Below, piece after piece: positions 7,586-16,515 of a DNA stretch of 48,626 nucleotides (within the stretch, counting starts at the first letter, position 1; each line of letters starts with the position of its first letter). Under the pieces are notes generated by a model. The model was given only the letters and a program-made list of their open reading frames with translations, ran no database searches and had not been told where the DNA came from. A program made the translations under genes and the position numbers. The DNA comes from a candidate division WOR-3 bacterium (GTDB taxonomy: Bacteria > Hydrothermota > UBA3073 > JACQXS01): NCBI GenBank assembly GCA_023129235.1, contig JAGMCN010000013.1, positions 1-48,626 of the forward strand, written 5' to 3'.

Positions 7586-9016
7586 ATGGTTGAGGTGAAG
7601 GATTTGGGTGCAAAAGCACTTAAGGGAGTTGCGAGTACCGCGGTTCGGAGCAGTACAATTAGAAAGCTTGCACTCAAAAAGATTGAGAGTGAGATGTATA
7701 AATCGATTACCTTGAAAAGAGCGGATACTTATCCTCCCAAGCAGATACAAGATGTGTTCTGTATGGGAGATGCTTTGCTTCACTCGGCGGATAGGTCTAT
7801 GTCTTGTAATATTTCTTCCGGATGTAGGAATGCCATTATAAATATTTTAGCAAAGGATATACTTACGGGTGGAGATATTAAGACGAAGGAAAAATTTGAG
7901 AGTGAATTTGGATTTATACCTCCGTTATTTCTTACCATAAGTCCAAGTAATGCCTGTAATCTGAGGTGTAAGGGCTGTTATGCCAATGCTGGAGTCCAAA
8001 GTGCTGATAAACTTACTTTTGATGTGTTTGACCGAATTATACAAGAGACAAGAGAACTCTGGGGTTCTCATTTTGCGGTCATATCGGGTGGAGAGCCACT
8101 TCTTTATAAAGGAATCTTTGAGATAGCAGAAAAACACAAAGATACATTCTTTTTGATGTATACAAATGGGACTCTTATTGATGAGAAGGTTGCAAGGAGA
8201 CTTGCGGAAGTAGGTAATGTTACTCCTGCTATTTCTGTTGAAGGATTTGAAAAGGAGACAGATGCACGAAGAGGAAAAGGCGTTTATAAGCGTATTCGGA
8301 AGGCAATGCAAAACTTGAAAGATGCTGGAGTTCCTTTTGGGTTATCTATCACCGCAACAAAACAAAATGTAGATATAATAACAAGCGATGAGTTTTATGA
8401 TTTCTATTTTGAAAAAGAACCTAAAGCGACTTATGGCTGGATATTTCATTATATGCCAATAGGCAGAAGTTATACAATTGAGCTTATGCCAACTCCGGAA
8501 CAAAGACTTCTTATGTGGGAGAAGAATAGGGAAATGGTGAGAAAACAAAAGATTCTTATTGCGGACTTCTGGAATGATGGGGTCGTCTCAAATGGATGCA
8601 TATCAGCAGGTAGGACAGGAGGATATTTTTACATAAATTGGAATGGAGATTGTACTCCTTGTGTTTTCCAACCTTACGCTGTTCACAATATCAATAAGGT
8701 TTATAAGAATGGTGGCAATCTGAATACCGTTCTGAATTCTGAGTTCTTCAAGGCAATACGAAAGTGGCAAAATGAATATGGTTATGGGCAACCGAAGGAT
8801 AAAAAAGAAAATCTCTTAAGACCCTGTGCTATTAGAGACCATTATGGAACATATCATAAACTTTTAGAATGTTACAAACCTTATCCTATCGATAAGAGTG
8901 CCCGAGATGCCTTGAATGATGAGGAATATCGCAAGAAACTCACAGCATACGGAGAAAAGATAGGAGAATTAACAAAGGATATCTGGGAAAAAGAGTATTT
9001 GCAAAGTGGAAGATAA
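7586..9016 (+). CDS. Radical SAM protein with about 110-aa N-terminal extension and Cys-rich SPASM/twitch-like C-terminal region
   Basis: CX3CX2C (CNLRCKGCYA), ISGGEPLL, and later Cys residues (NGCISAG, GDCTPCVF, RPCAIRDH). An AAGGAGG RBS lies 6 nt upstream. Confidence 0.85.
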   Translation: MVEVKDLGAKALKGVASTAVRSSTIRKLALKKIESEMYKSITLKRADTYPPKQIQDVFCMGDALLHSADRSMSCNISSGCRNAIINILAKDILTGGDIKTKEKFESEFGFIPPLFLTISPSNACNLRCKGCYANAGVQSADKLTFDVFDRIIQETRELWGSHFAVISGGEPLLYKGIFEIAEKHKDTFFLMYTNGTLIDEKVARRLAEVGNVTPAISVEGFEKETDARRGKGVYKRIRKAMQNLKDAGVPFGLSITATKQNVDIITSDEFYDFYFEKEPKATYGWIFHYMPIGRSYTIELMPTPEQRLLMWEKNREMVRKQKILIADFWNDGVVSNGCISAGRTGGYFYINWNGDCTPCVFQPYAVHNINKVYKNGGNLNTVLNSEFFKAIRKWQNEYGYGQPKDKKENLLRPCAIRDHYGTYHKLLECYKPYPIDKSARDALNDEEYRKKLTAYGEKIGELTKDIWEKEYLQSGR

Positions 9017-9019
9017 GAA

Positions 9020-9682
9020 ATGAGAGCTTCAAGAAAGTTATTTATTCTCTTTTTCTTTGGTGTGGCAATGGCATTTGTGGAAGCGGCAGTGGTCGTCTAT
9101 CTCAGAGAACTTTACTATCCTGAAGGTTTTTCGCTTCAGCTTAAAGCAATACCCCGAGATATTTTTGCCGTAGAACTGGGTAGAGAGTTTTCAACCATAA
9201 TAATGTTAGTTGCCATAGGGGTAATTGCTGGAAGAAATTTTATAGAGCGGTTTTCTTATTTCATTTTTTGCTTTGGTGTATGGGACATCTTTTATTACAT
9301 CTTTCTGAAGCAAACATTGAATTGGCCAGAATCATTACTGGCATGGGATATTCTATTTCTTATACCCGTTCCCTGGATTGCTCCTGTTTTAGCACCTGTG
9401 CTTGTTGCTCTCACAATGGTGATAATTGCAATAATATCGGTCTTGAAGATGGAGAAGGGTTATGAGTTAAAATTCTTGAAATCAGACTGGATATTGGGTT
9501 TTATCGCAACTCTGATTATTTTTGTGTCATTTATCCTATACCTTCCGAGAAGCCAGAAGTTATTTTATCCATATCATTGGGAACTCTTTATAGCAGGTAA
9601 AGTTGTGGGTATTTTCTCTTTCTGTCGGGTTTTAAAACGGGCAAGTAATAAATACCATTTAGAGAAAGGAGAATCCATATAA
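9020..9682 (+). CDS. Polytopic integral membrane protein, unknown function
   Basis: 220 aa with about 6 hydrophobic segments. It starts 3 nt after the radical SAM stop. Confidence 0.6.
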   Translation: MRASRKLFILFFFGVAMAFVEAAVVVYLRELYYPEGFSLQLKAIPRDIFAVELGREFSTIIMLVAIGVIAGRNFIERFSYFIFCFGVWDIFYYIFLKQTLNWPESLLAWDILFLIPVPWIAPVLAPVLVALTMVIIAIISVLKMEKGYELKFLKSDWILGFIATLIIFVSFILYLPRSQKLFYPYHWELFIAGKVVGIFSFCRVLKRASNKYHLEKGESI

Positions 9683-9709
9683 AATCAAATACCTTTGCCT
9701 GAGGCGAAA

Positions 9710-10351
9710 ATGCTTTACTCAATCATACATTCAATCCTAAGAGTTATCTTAGCAGTCTATATTAGATTAGGAACTGTTGGGCTTGAGAATATTCCGAAAC
9801 AGGGTGGTGTAATTCTGGCACCGAACCATCCCAGTGACTCGGATTCATTTATCCTGGGAACTGCAATTAGAAGGCAACTTCATACAATGGGTAAAGAAGA
9901 ACTATTCAGAAAACGTTTCACAGAATTTATTTTTAGAAAATTGAACGCTTTTCCTGTAAAAAGGGGAAGAGTTGATAGAGAAGCTATACGAACTGCTGTT
10001 AGTGTTCTCAAAGAGGGACATATAATTGATATGTATCCTGAAGGAACAGTAAGTAAAGATAGTTTTTTGCAGGAGCCAAAATTAGGAACAGCATTTGTTG
10101 CCTTGCAAGCAAAAACACCTGTTGTTCCGGTAGCAATGATAGGCACTTTCAATGTTATGTCAAAGGGACAAAAATTTCCCCGACCACATAAAGTAATCAT
10201 CAGATTTGGCAAACCGCTCTATTTTGACGAATACTATGATAAATCTTACAACAAAGAAATATTGAAGATTGTAACTAAACAAATAATGAGCGAGATAAAA
10301 AGACTATTGAACTCGAATGCCTTGGAGGAGACACACTATGTCAGCACTTGA
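9710..10351 (+). CDS. PlsC-family lysophospholipid (1-acyl-sn-glycerol-3-phosphate) acyltransferase
   Basis: HX4D motif (NHPSDSD), FPVKRG and YPEGT blocks. The ATG at 9710 is preferred over the TTG at 9695. Confidence 0.85.
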   Translation: MLYSIIHSILRVILAVYIRLGTVGLENIPKQGGVILAPNHPSDSDSFILGTAIRRQLHTMGKEELFRKRFTEFIFRKLNAFPVKRGRVDREAIRTAVSVLKEGHIIDMYPEGTVSKDSFLQEPKLGTAFVALQAKTPVVPVAMIGTFNVMSKGQKFPRPHKVIIRFGKPLYFDEYYDKSYNKEILKIVTKQIMSEIKRLLNSNALEETHYVST

Positions 10352-10580
10352 AAGAGTAAAAAAGGTTATTGTAGAAGTGCTGGGCATAAAAGAGGCAGAA
10401 ATTTTCCCAGAAACTTCTTTTACGGATAATTTGGGAGCAGATAGTCTTGATTATGTTGTACTACTTCAAGCACTTGAAGTAGAGTTTAATATTCAGATTC
10501 CAGACTCAGATACCGAAAAACTTCAAACTGTAGAGGATGCTGTGAAATATATAGAGAGTAAAACTTTAAGCATCAAGTAA
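10338..10580 (+). CDS. Acyl carrier protein (copy 1)
   Basis: 80 aa with the LGADSLD phosphopantetheine-attachment motif. A GGAGGAG RBS lies 7 nt upstream. It overlaps the acyltransferase stop. Confidence 0.85.
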   Translation: MSALERVKKVIVEVLGIKEAEIFPETSFTDNLGADSLDYVVLLQALEVEFNIQIPDSDTEKLQTVEDAVKYIESKTLSIK

Positions 10581-10584
10581 AGTG

Positions 10585-10830
10585 ATGAAATTGACAATGT
10601 ATGAGAGAGTGAAGAGAATTGTTATCAAATACACAAATATACCTGAAGAACGGATTACACCGGAAGCATCTTTTACCGATGATTTGGGAGTGGACTCATC
10701 CGATATTACTGGACTCATTATGAATATTGAAGACGAGTTCGGCATCGATGTCCTTGATACCGTGGAAAGACTCAGGACAGTGGGAGATGTGGTGGAGCAT
10801 CTCCGTGCAAGGTTGCCAGTAAATGAATAA
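10585..10830 (+). CDS. Acyl carrier protein (copy 2, DSS variant)
   Basis: 81 aa with the LGVDSSD motif. It is only weakly similar to copy 1. Confidence 0.8.
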   Translation: MKLTMYERVKRIVIKYTNIPEERITPEASFTDDLGVDSSDITGLIMNIEDEFGIDVLDTVERLRTVGDVVEHLRARLPVNE

Positions 10831-10869
10831 TCTTAAATAAAATAATGGGGAGATATCAGCTTTTAGCCA

Positions 10870-12018
10870 TTAAAAGCAATAAGAGAATATAGTTTCTGCA
10901 TCCTCGGCGTCAAGTGTCTTTAAACTGCCCAAAGGAGACATACGCATTGACATTTCTGCGAGAACGGGTATTTCCTCTTCTTTTATGCCAAAGTCTTTAA
11001 ACGAGCTTTCTAATCCTATAGAGTTGAACCACTCTTTTAATTTCTGTATTCCTGCATCTGGATTGTCTATGCCCCATATTTTTTGAGAAAATCTGGTTAT
11101 CTTGTGTTCTATGTACGGCATCATATATTTAAGCCAAGCAGGGAAAATTATTGCAAGTCCTGCACCATGTGCAATCTCTGGATGAATACCACTTAAAGAA
11201 TGTTCTAACATATGGCTTGACCAATCTCCCGGTCCCCTGCCTATTCCGTTCACTCCATTGAGTGCAAACAATGCAGACAATATAACTTGGGCTCGTGCGT
11301 GATAATCATCTGGGTTTTTAATCAGTGTCGGAGTAAAGGAAATCACTGTTCTTAAAATCCCTTCAGAAAACTCATCTTGCAATTCCGTTTCCTCCTCGCC
11401 ACAGAAATACAACTCAAAAATATGGGCAATAATATCAGAAGCACCCGCTGAAGTCTGATAACTTGGGAGCGTAAATTGCAATACAGGGTCAAGTATAGAT
11501 GCTCTGGGATAAACCGCAGTAGATGTAAAATAAAACTTCTCTCTTGTGTCTTCGTTTGTTACAACCGTTGAGGGATTCATTTCGGAGCCAGTTGCAGATA
11601 GAGTTAGCACAATAAATATAGGCAATGCTTTCTCCACTCGTGCCTTGCGTTGAAAGACTTGCCAGAAATCACCATCAAAAAATACGCCTCCAGCAATCGC
11701 TTTTACGCTATCTACTACACTGCCACCACCAACTGCAAGGATAGCCCCTACGCCCTCTTTTTTGCATATTTCAATCCCCTCAAGCACCTTTGAGAAAACA
11801 GGATTTGGTCTTATCCCGCTTAATTCTACATATTGAATATTCTCCTTGTGTAGAGAAGTTACTACTTTATCGTATGTGCCTGTGTTTTTTATGCTGCCCT
11901 GCCCATAGGCAAGTAGCACTTTATTGTATCCGGCAGATTTAATTTCCTTGCCAATCTCAAGCACTTTGCCTTTGCCAAAGACAATCTTTGTAGGATTATG
12001 AAATACAAAATCTTTCAT
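10870..12018 (-). CDS. Iron-containing (group III) alcohol dehydrogenase, BdhA/YqhD-like
   Basis: The N-terminus MKDFVFHNPTKIVFGKGK fits the family. GGGSVVD and His-rich metal motifs (HIFE, HMLEH, AHGAG) are present. The 45-aa TTG-initiated extension in the ORF track was dropped. Confidence 0.85.
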   Translation of the reverse strand: MKDFVFHNPTKIVFGKGKVLEIGKEIKSAGYNKVLLAYGQGSIKNTGTYDKVVTSLHKENIQYVELSGIRPNPVFSKVLEGIEICKKEGVGAILAVGGGSVVDSVKAIAGGVFFDGDFWQVFQRKARVEKALPIFIVLTLSATGSEMNPSTVVTNEDTREKFYFTSTAVYPRASILDPVLQFTLPSYQTSAGASDIIAHIFELYFCGEEETELQDEFSEGILRTVISFTPTLIKNPDDYHARAQVILSALFALNGVNGIGRGPGDWSSHMLEHSLSGIHPEIAHGAGLAIIFPAWLKYMMPYIEHKITRFSQKIWGIDNPDAGIQKLKEWFNSIGLESSFKDFGIKEEEIPVLAEMSMRMSPLGSLKTLDAEDAETIFSYCF

Positions 12019-12149
12019 CTGTTTCTTCTGTAAGTTAAGCAATGGGGTAGGAAAGTCAAGCAAAAAGTGTTTTTGAGTTCTCTTTGATTGGCAATTCACC
12101 TCGTAAGGGACTGAAGGTCTCGCAGGGTTCATGATTGGAAGCGAGCGAA

Positions 12150-13130
12150 TCAATTACCCCTACATATACTTTCATAAACCTTTATGTATTTTTTGCCAAT
12201 TTTATCATGCCTGAATTCAGATAAGACAAAATCTCTTCCTTTCAGATTCGGCTCCATTTTAGCGAGCGCAAGCTTAAGTTCCTGATGTATATCTTCTATA
12301 CGTTTGATCTGAGAACAATGAGGCATAAAATAGTTCCAGACAACCCATTTCCCGCGTGCGAGTGCTTCCAAAACCATAGAACTGAGCCCATCATGCCGAG
12401 GAAATCTCAAAAGCACTGACACCTCTTCCCATACCTTGTCCATATTGCTGACCCATCCATGATAATGAATATTTACATAAGTGGGTAGGAACCCGCTATG
12501 GCGTGTTCCTACGACATGAAATTCTACATCTTGGAATACCCTGGCGAACTCAAGAACCTCAGCACCACGATGGAAATCTACTCTATCCCAAGGTATATAC
12601 ACAAGAACTCCTTGTCTACCTGCAACTGACAATTGGCTATGAATTGGTGGAATGGTTGGCAAGTAATTTGCAAGAATCCTTGCTTCTTTGAGTTCTCTGA
12701 CTAAATGAGGAGAGTTTGCAAACTGGATATGAATTAACAAGTCAGTAATTCGGGTAAGTAGCTTTGAACGAGCATTTTTTGTCACGCTCAGCACATCTGT
12801 TCCAATCCAGTGATTAACAACTTTCTTCCCCCACAGGCGAGTCCAGATGAGAAGTTTTATTCTTTGATATCCAGAAATAAAGTGAACAATCTCAAACCTT
12901 TGGAGCTTTTTCGTGAATTCAACTATCTTTTTCGGATTTAGTCCAACTCTTTGAGCAAGTAAAAGTTCTGCCTCTACCCCCACTCTCTTGAGCATATTTA
13001 CCAAATATCTGCCGGGGATTTGAAATTGAGAAATTACAAGGATTCGTGGCACTATATCTTTAGGGCTTGCTTTTTTAATAGAAAGCTCGGGCTTTCCCCA
13101 TCCACCTATCTGTGTCATTCTGTGGCTCAT
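12150..13130 (-). CDS. GT-B-type glycosyltransferase-like protein
   Basis: 326 aa. The C-terminal DGLSSMVLEALARGKWVV resembles the GT1/GT4 E-x7-E region. It shows 4-nt overlap coupling with rluD. Confidence 0.5.
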   Translation of the reverse strand: MSHRMTQIGGWGKPELSIKKASPKDIVPRILVISQFQIPGRYLVNMLKRVGVEAELLLAQRVGLNPKKIVEFTKKLQRFEIVHFISGYQRIKLLIWTRLWGKKVVNHWIGTDVLSVTKNARSKLLTRITDLLIHIQFANSPHLVRELKEARILANYLPTIPPIHSQLSVAGRQGVLVYIPWDRVDFHRGAEVLEFARVFQDVEFHVVGTRHSGFLPTYVNIHYHGWVSNMDKVWEEVSVLLRFPRHDGLSSMVLEALARGKWVVWNYFMPHCSQIKRIEDIHQELKLALAKMEPNLKGRDFVLSEFRHDKIGKKYIKVYESICRGN

Positions 13131-14068
13131 TTTGATAAGTAATCCAGCAATTCCTGCATATCAGGAGGCAGAGGAGCTTGAAGACTTATCTCTTTTTTGC
13201 TTATTGGATGTATGAATGCGAGAGACTCTGCATGTAATGCCTGGCGAGTCATTATCTGCATAGTTTTATTGAACTCCTCCAAAGGAACTTCTGGTGGGCG
13301 AGCTCTCCCATCATATGTTAAGTCTCCCACAACAGGGTGATTCAAATGAGAAAGGTGAACCCTTATCTGATGAGTTCTTCCTGTCTCAAGCTTTACCGCA
13401 AGATGGGTTATATACTTAAATTCCTTGATAGTCTTAAAATAAGTAACGGCACTTCTTGAGCGAAGAGGAGTTACCGCCATTTGCTTTCTCTCAATCGTAT
13501 GTCTTCCAATAGGCGCATCTATTGTTCCTTCTGGAAGTCCCATTTTTCCCCACACAAATGCAATATATTTGCGTTTAAATTTATGTAGCTCAACATCACG
13601 GGCAAGGAGAGTTAAGGCAATATCTGATTTTGCAAATACCAACAGTCCACTAGTATGCTGGTCCAGACGATGCAGGACTCCGGGTCTTGTCCGTTCAGTT
13701 TGAAAGCTAAGGTCACAGTGATGGAGAAGAGCATTTACAAGTGTTCCGGTAGGATGCCCAGGCGCCGGATGAGTTACCATACCGGGTGGTTTATTTACTA
13801 CGATTACATCTGCGTCCTCATACGCGATATCAAGAGGAATTGCTTCTGGGATAACTTTAAATCTGGTGGGCTTTTCGTAATTTACAACAACTTTATCCCC
13901 GGGATTCAGATTTGTATGAACCTTTACTGGATGGTCATTTACAAGGACCTTCCCTTCCAGAATTAGTCTCTGAATCTGAGTCCTTGATACACCAATCCCT
14001 GCTTTGTATAGATATTTATCAAGTCGTATCTTCTCTTTGGGTCTTGCTATCCTTGTAAATTCGGTCAT
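13127..14068 (-). CDS. rluD: RluA-family 23S rRNA pseudouridine synthase
   Basis: N-terminal S4 domain, the catalytic HRLDQHTSGLLVFAK motif, and GRTHQIRVH. Confidence 0.9.
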   Translation of the reverse strand: MTEFTRIARPKEKIRLDKYLYKAGIGVSRTQIQRLILEGKVLVNDHPVKVHTNLNPGDKVVVNYEKPTRFKVIPEAIPLDIAYEDADVIVVNKPPGMVTHPAPGHPTGTLVNALLHHCDLSFQTERTRPGVLHRLDQHTSGLLVFAKSDIALTLLARDVELHKFKRKYIAFVWGKMGLPEGTIDAPIGRHTIERKQMAVTPLRSRSAVTYFKTIKEFKYITHLAVKLETGRTHQIRVHLSHLNHPVVGDLTYDGRARPPEVPLEEFNKTMQIMTRQALHAESLAFIHPISKKEISLQAPLPPDMQELLDYLSK

Positions 14069-14134
14069 CTTTTAAAATCTACTTCTATAAAAGCATTTCG
14101 TCAACATTTTTTATCCGAGAGCCAGAACCTTTTT

Positions 14135-14190
14135 AACCACAGAAGGCACGGAGAAATAGATTGTGTTTAAAGGTTTAAGGGTTTAAAGGG
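14135..14190. repeat. Word-repeat array (AACCACAGAAGG... followed by GGTTTAAR octamers)
   Basis: Sequence reads aaccacagaaggcacggag ... aaaggttt aagggttt aaaggg. Confidence 0.5.
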
Positions 14191-14195
14191 CAATA

Positions 14196-15656
14196 TTACA
14201 GAACGTAGGACACCTGTATTCTCCAAGAATAAACATTCATCAGTGGTGTGGCGGCAACATCAATGTTAAGGTTTTTGAAGAGCTTCCATCCAAACCCAGC
14301 AGTTTTTGTAAATGATGGACCGCAAAGAGAACTTGTCTCTGTTTTTTGCCCTTTTTCTTCAAGGATTGAGGAGCTATAGGTCTCTGTTGCCAGCAATCCA
14401 AGTCTGAAAGATAAGCCCTTTCCAATGGTGTATTCCATCCCAAACGGGACTTTTATATAGATTGTTTTAGAAGAATAACTTTCCTCTAATTCTTCTCCGC
14501 ATAAAGTTCCTTGCATAGGTAAGTTGAGATACTCGTAGGACACACAGACACCAAATCCTGCAACAAGGTCAGATGTAACATTAATTTCCCCTCCTGCTTT
14601 TAAAAAACCTGTCACTACGGTCGCTTCTCCTTCAAGAGAGTCGTGTGAAAAGTCAGAGGAAATAGTTGTATCGCTACTATAATTAGTAGTATCGGAACCA
14701 TCGTAATCATATCTGTCGTAGCGGTAAAAGTAAAAAGAGCTATCCAATGCACTTGATTTAGCTTTTCCTTTTCCTGCATAAGTCATTCCAGCTATATGAA
14801 AAGTTAGCATATCAGATAACTTATTTGAATATTTGCCACCAACTCCAATACTAAAGGGAGATACTATTGCTTCCTCTTTTGTAAAACTATTGTTGGTTCT
14901 TGCTGACATACTCACATGTCCACTCGTTGGGCTATATTGGCTAATCCTTACGGTAGAATCGAAATCTTCTTGTTCAGAATACAAATTTGTGCTCTCATCA
15001 TTGAGTTGAAAATCACTAATTAACTCTATGCTACTACTTTTCCCCAAGTTCCGAAACCATCCCAGAGTAATTGAGTGAGCCAAAGTTGAGTTCTTGTACT
15101 CATAATTATGCTCGCGAATATCTATATCTCTATAATAATCATAGTGGTTGCTCGTAGAATCTAATGAATTTCTGACAGATATATCTTTCATACTGTATGG
15201 AGAGTTGTCATACTTGTATTTGATACCAAAAGTTGTCTTATCTGAAAGTTTCTTGGAAATAAGCAATGCTCCCCTCCATTGTTCTTGTTGCCATTCTTCC
15301 TTGTCCAAAGAATAATATTCATCATCATATACAGAACTCGTGCGTTCTCTAAAAGATTCATTGCCACAGGTTTTGATTTTACCGCAGACCCCTAATCTAA
15401 GTCCAAGAGGACCTGGAATCACACATACTAACCTGTTAGGGAATTCCCCAGCAATTCCATTCTTTTCTGGTAATCGTGCCGGGTTCCACAACATATCAGT
15501 AAGATTATCCGAAATTATACCCGTGAGTTCTCTTCCCAAACATTCCATACGAAGTGATGGATATATTTCAGCTTCTGGCACAGGAATACCTGGCACATCG
15601 CATAGCAATCTACCACACAGGAAAGTGCTACTAAAAACAAGTAAAAAGATTCTCAT
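14196..15656 (-). CDS. Hypothetical secreted / outer-membrane beta-barrel-like protein
   Basis: 486 aa with a signal peptide (MRIFLLVFSSTFLCG), Ser/Tyr/Asp-rich sequence and an alternating C-terminal strand. AAGGAGGA RBS. Confidence 0.5.
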   Translation of the reverse strand: MRIFLLVFSSTFLCGRLLCDVPGIPVPEAEIYPSLRMECLGRELTGIISDNLTDMLWNPARLPEKNGIAGEFPNRLVCVIPGPLGLRLGVCGKIKTCGNESFRERTSSVYDDEYYSLDKEEWQQEQWRGALLISKKLSDKTTFGIKYKYDNSPYSMKDISVRNSLDSTSNHYDYYRDIDIREHNYEYKNSTLAHSITLGWFRNLGKSSSIELISDFQLNDESTNLYSEQEDFDSTVRISQYSPTSGHVSMSARTNNSFTKEEAIVSPFSIGVGGKYSNKLSDMLTFHIAGMTYAGKGKAKSSALDSSFYFYRYDRYDYDGSDTTNYSSDTTISSDFSHDSLEGEATVVTGFLKAGGEINVTSDLVAGFGVCVSYEYLNLPMQGTLCGEELEESYSSKTIYIKVPFGMEYTIGKGLSFRLGLLATETYSSSILEEKGQKTETSSLCGPSFTKTAGFGWKLFKNLNIDVAATPLMNVYSWRIQVSYVL

Positions 15657-15730
15657 AATGTCCTCCTTTTCTTAGCTTAATATATATTTATCCTGCAAAG
15701 CACAAAAAGTCAAGTCAAAAGGTAAAGTGC

Positions 15731-15758
15731 TTGACATTTTAGCTTTATTCCCTATAAT
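15731..15758 (+). promoter_or_regulatory. Consensus sigma70 promoter (TTGACA-16-TATAAT)
   Basis: Perfect hexamers at 15731-15736 and 15753-15758, pointing towards the repeat at 15789-15907 and the ORF at 15949. Confidence 0.6.
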
Positions 15759-15788
15759 CTGATGTAAAAGATAGATATTTCTAAAAAA

Positions 15789-15907
15789 TAGCACACAGAT
15801 TCACACAGATTGAAAAGATGAACACGGATTTAGATAAAATAAATTTTCTGTGGCAATCTGTTTTATCTCCCGTCAAGTCGGGACAGATGTGAATACCTGC
15901 GTGCTGA
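15789..15907. repeat. Degenerate palindromic word-repeat element containing the 19-mer core
   Basis: It contains tagcacacagattcacacagattgaaaagatgaacacggatt and a degenerate complementary arm (acagatgtgaatacctgcgtgctga), with an internal cccg-tcaagt-cggg hairpin. Confidence 0.6.
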
Positions 15908-15948
15908 TGTTTTAGTTTTAGAAAAACTAAACTATTGCAATTTGATAG

Positions 15949-16350
15949 ATGGGAATTTTTATATTCTTTGTCTTGCTCGCTGAACCATCGGATTCTTTTA
16001 TACAAGGTAGGCTGAATCATTCTCTTCAACCCGATGAGTCCAGCGTGGGGAAGAAATATAGCGGGCAGACACATAGGTCTGCCCCTACAGCAGATAGATG
16101 GATTAGTCGTGATAAGTTTCATCACTTCTCTTATTCGCTTGGGCTTACAGGACTTTCATACCATATTTATCATTGCCAATTTAATAACCCAAATCCAGAG
16201 GCAAGATATTTCTCTATCTCCCTTACAGCAGTAGCAGGAATTTCAAAAGAACTATACGATAAATTCTATAAAAAAAGCATCTTCTCTTACAAAGACCTTG
16301 TCTGGGATGCAGTTGGCATAACAGTTGGCAGTCTTTTGTTCTTGAGATAA
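15949..16350 (+). CDS. Hypothetical small membrane/lipoprotein, possibly YfiM/DUF2279-like
   Basis: 133 aa with a hydrophobic N-terminus. The DRWISRDKFHHFSYS motif resembles DUF2279. No clear RBS. Confidence 0.4.
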   Translation: MGIFIFFVLLAEPSDSFIQGRLNHSLQPDESSVGKKYSGQTHRSAPTADRWISRDKFHHFSYSLGLTGLSYHIYHCQFNNPNPEARYFSISLTAVAGISKELYDKFYKKSIFSYKDLVWDAVGITVGSLLFLR

Positions 16351-16368
16351 ATGAGAAGAAGAACAGTG

Positions 16369-16509
16369 AACCACAAAGAAATGATTAAATAAAATGCCAC
16401 GAAATCACCAAATCACAAAACTACACAAAAGAATTATATTATATAACTTTGGTGGAATTTAGCGTCTTAGTGTTTTCGTGGCAAATTAATCTTTGTGCCC
16501 TTTGTGGTT
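16369..16509. repeat. 141-bp imperfect palindromic word-repeat element (AACCACAAAG ... CTTTGTGGTT)
   Basis: Three complementary block pairs: aaccacaaag/ctttgtggtt, gccacgaaa/tttcgtggc, caccaaa/tttggtg. Confidence 0.7.
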
Positions 16510-16515
16510 AAAGCA

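Noticed and set aside
12019-12153. 45-aa N-terminal extension of the Fe-ADH (TTG start at 12153, or ATG at 12132)
   Set aside because: Family members start with MxxFxFxxPTxIxFGxG, which matches the ATG at 12018. The extension has no homology-like features.
15781-16125. 114-aa minus-strand ORF over the 15789-15907 repeat
   Set aside because: It is low-complexity repeat-derived sequence with no RBS. It overlaps a better-supported + strand promoter and ORF arrangement.
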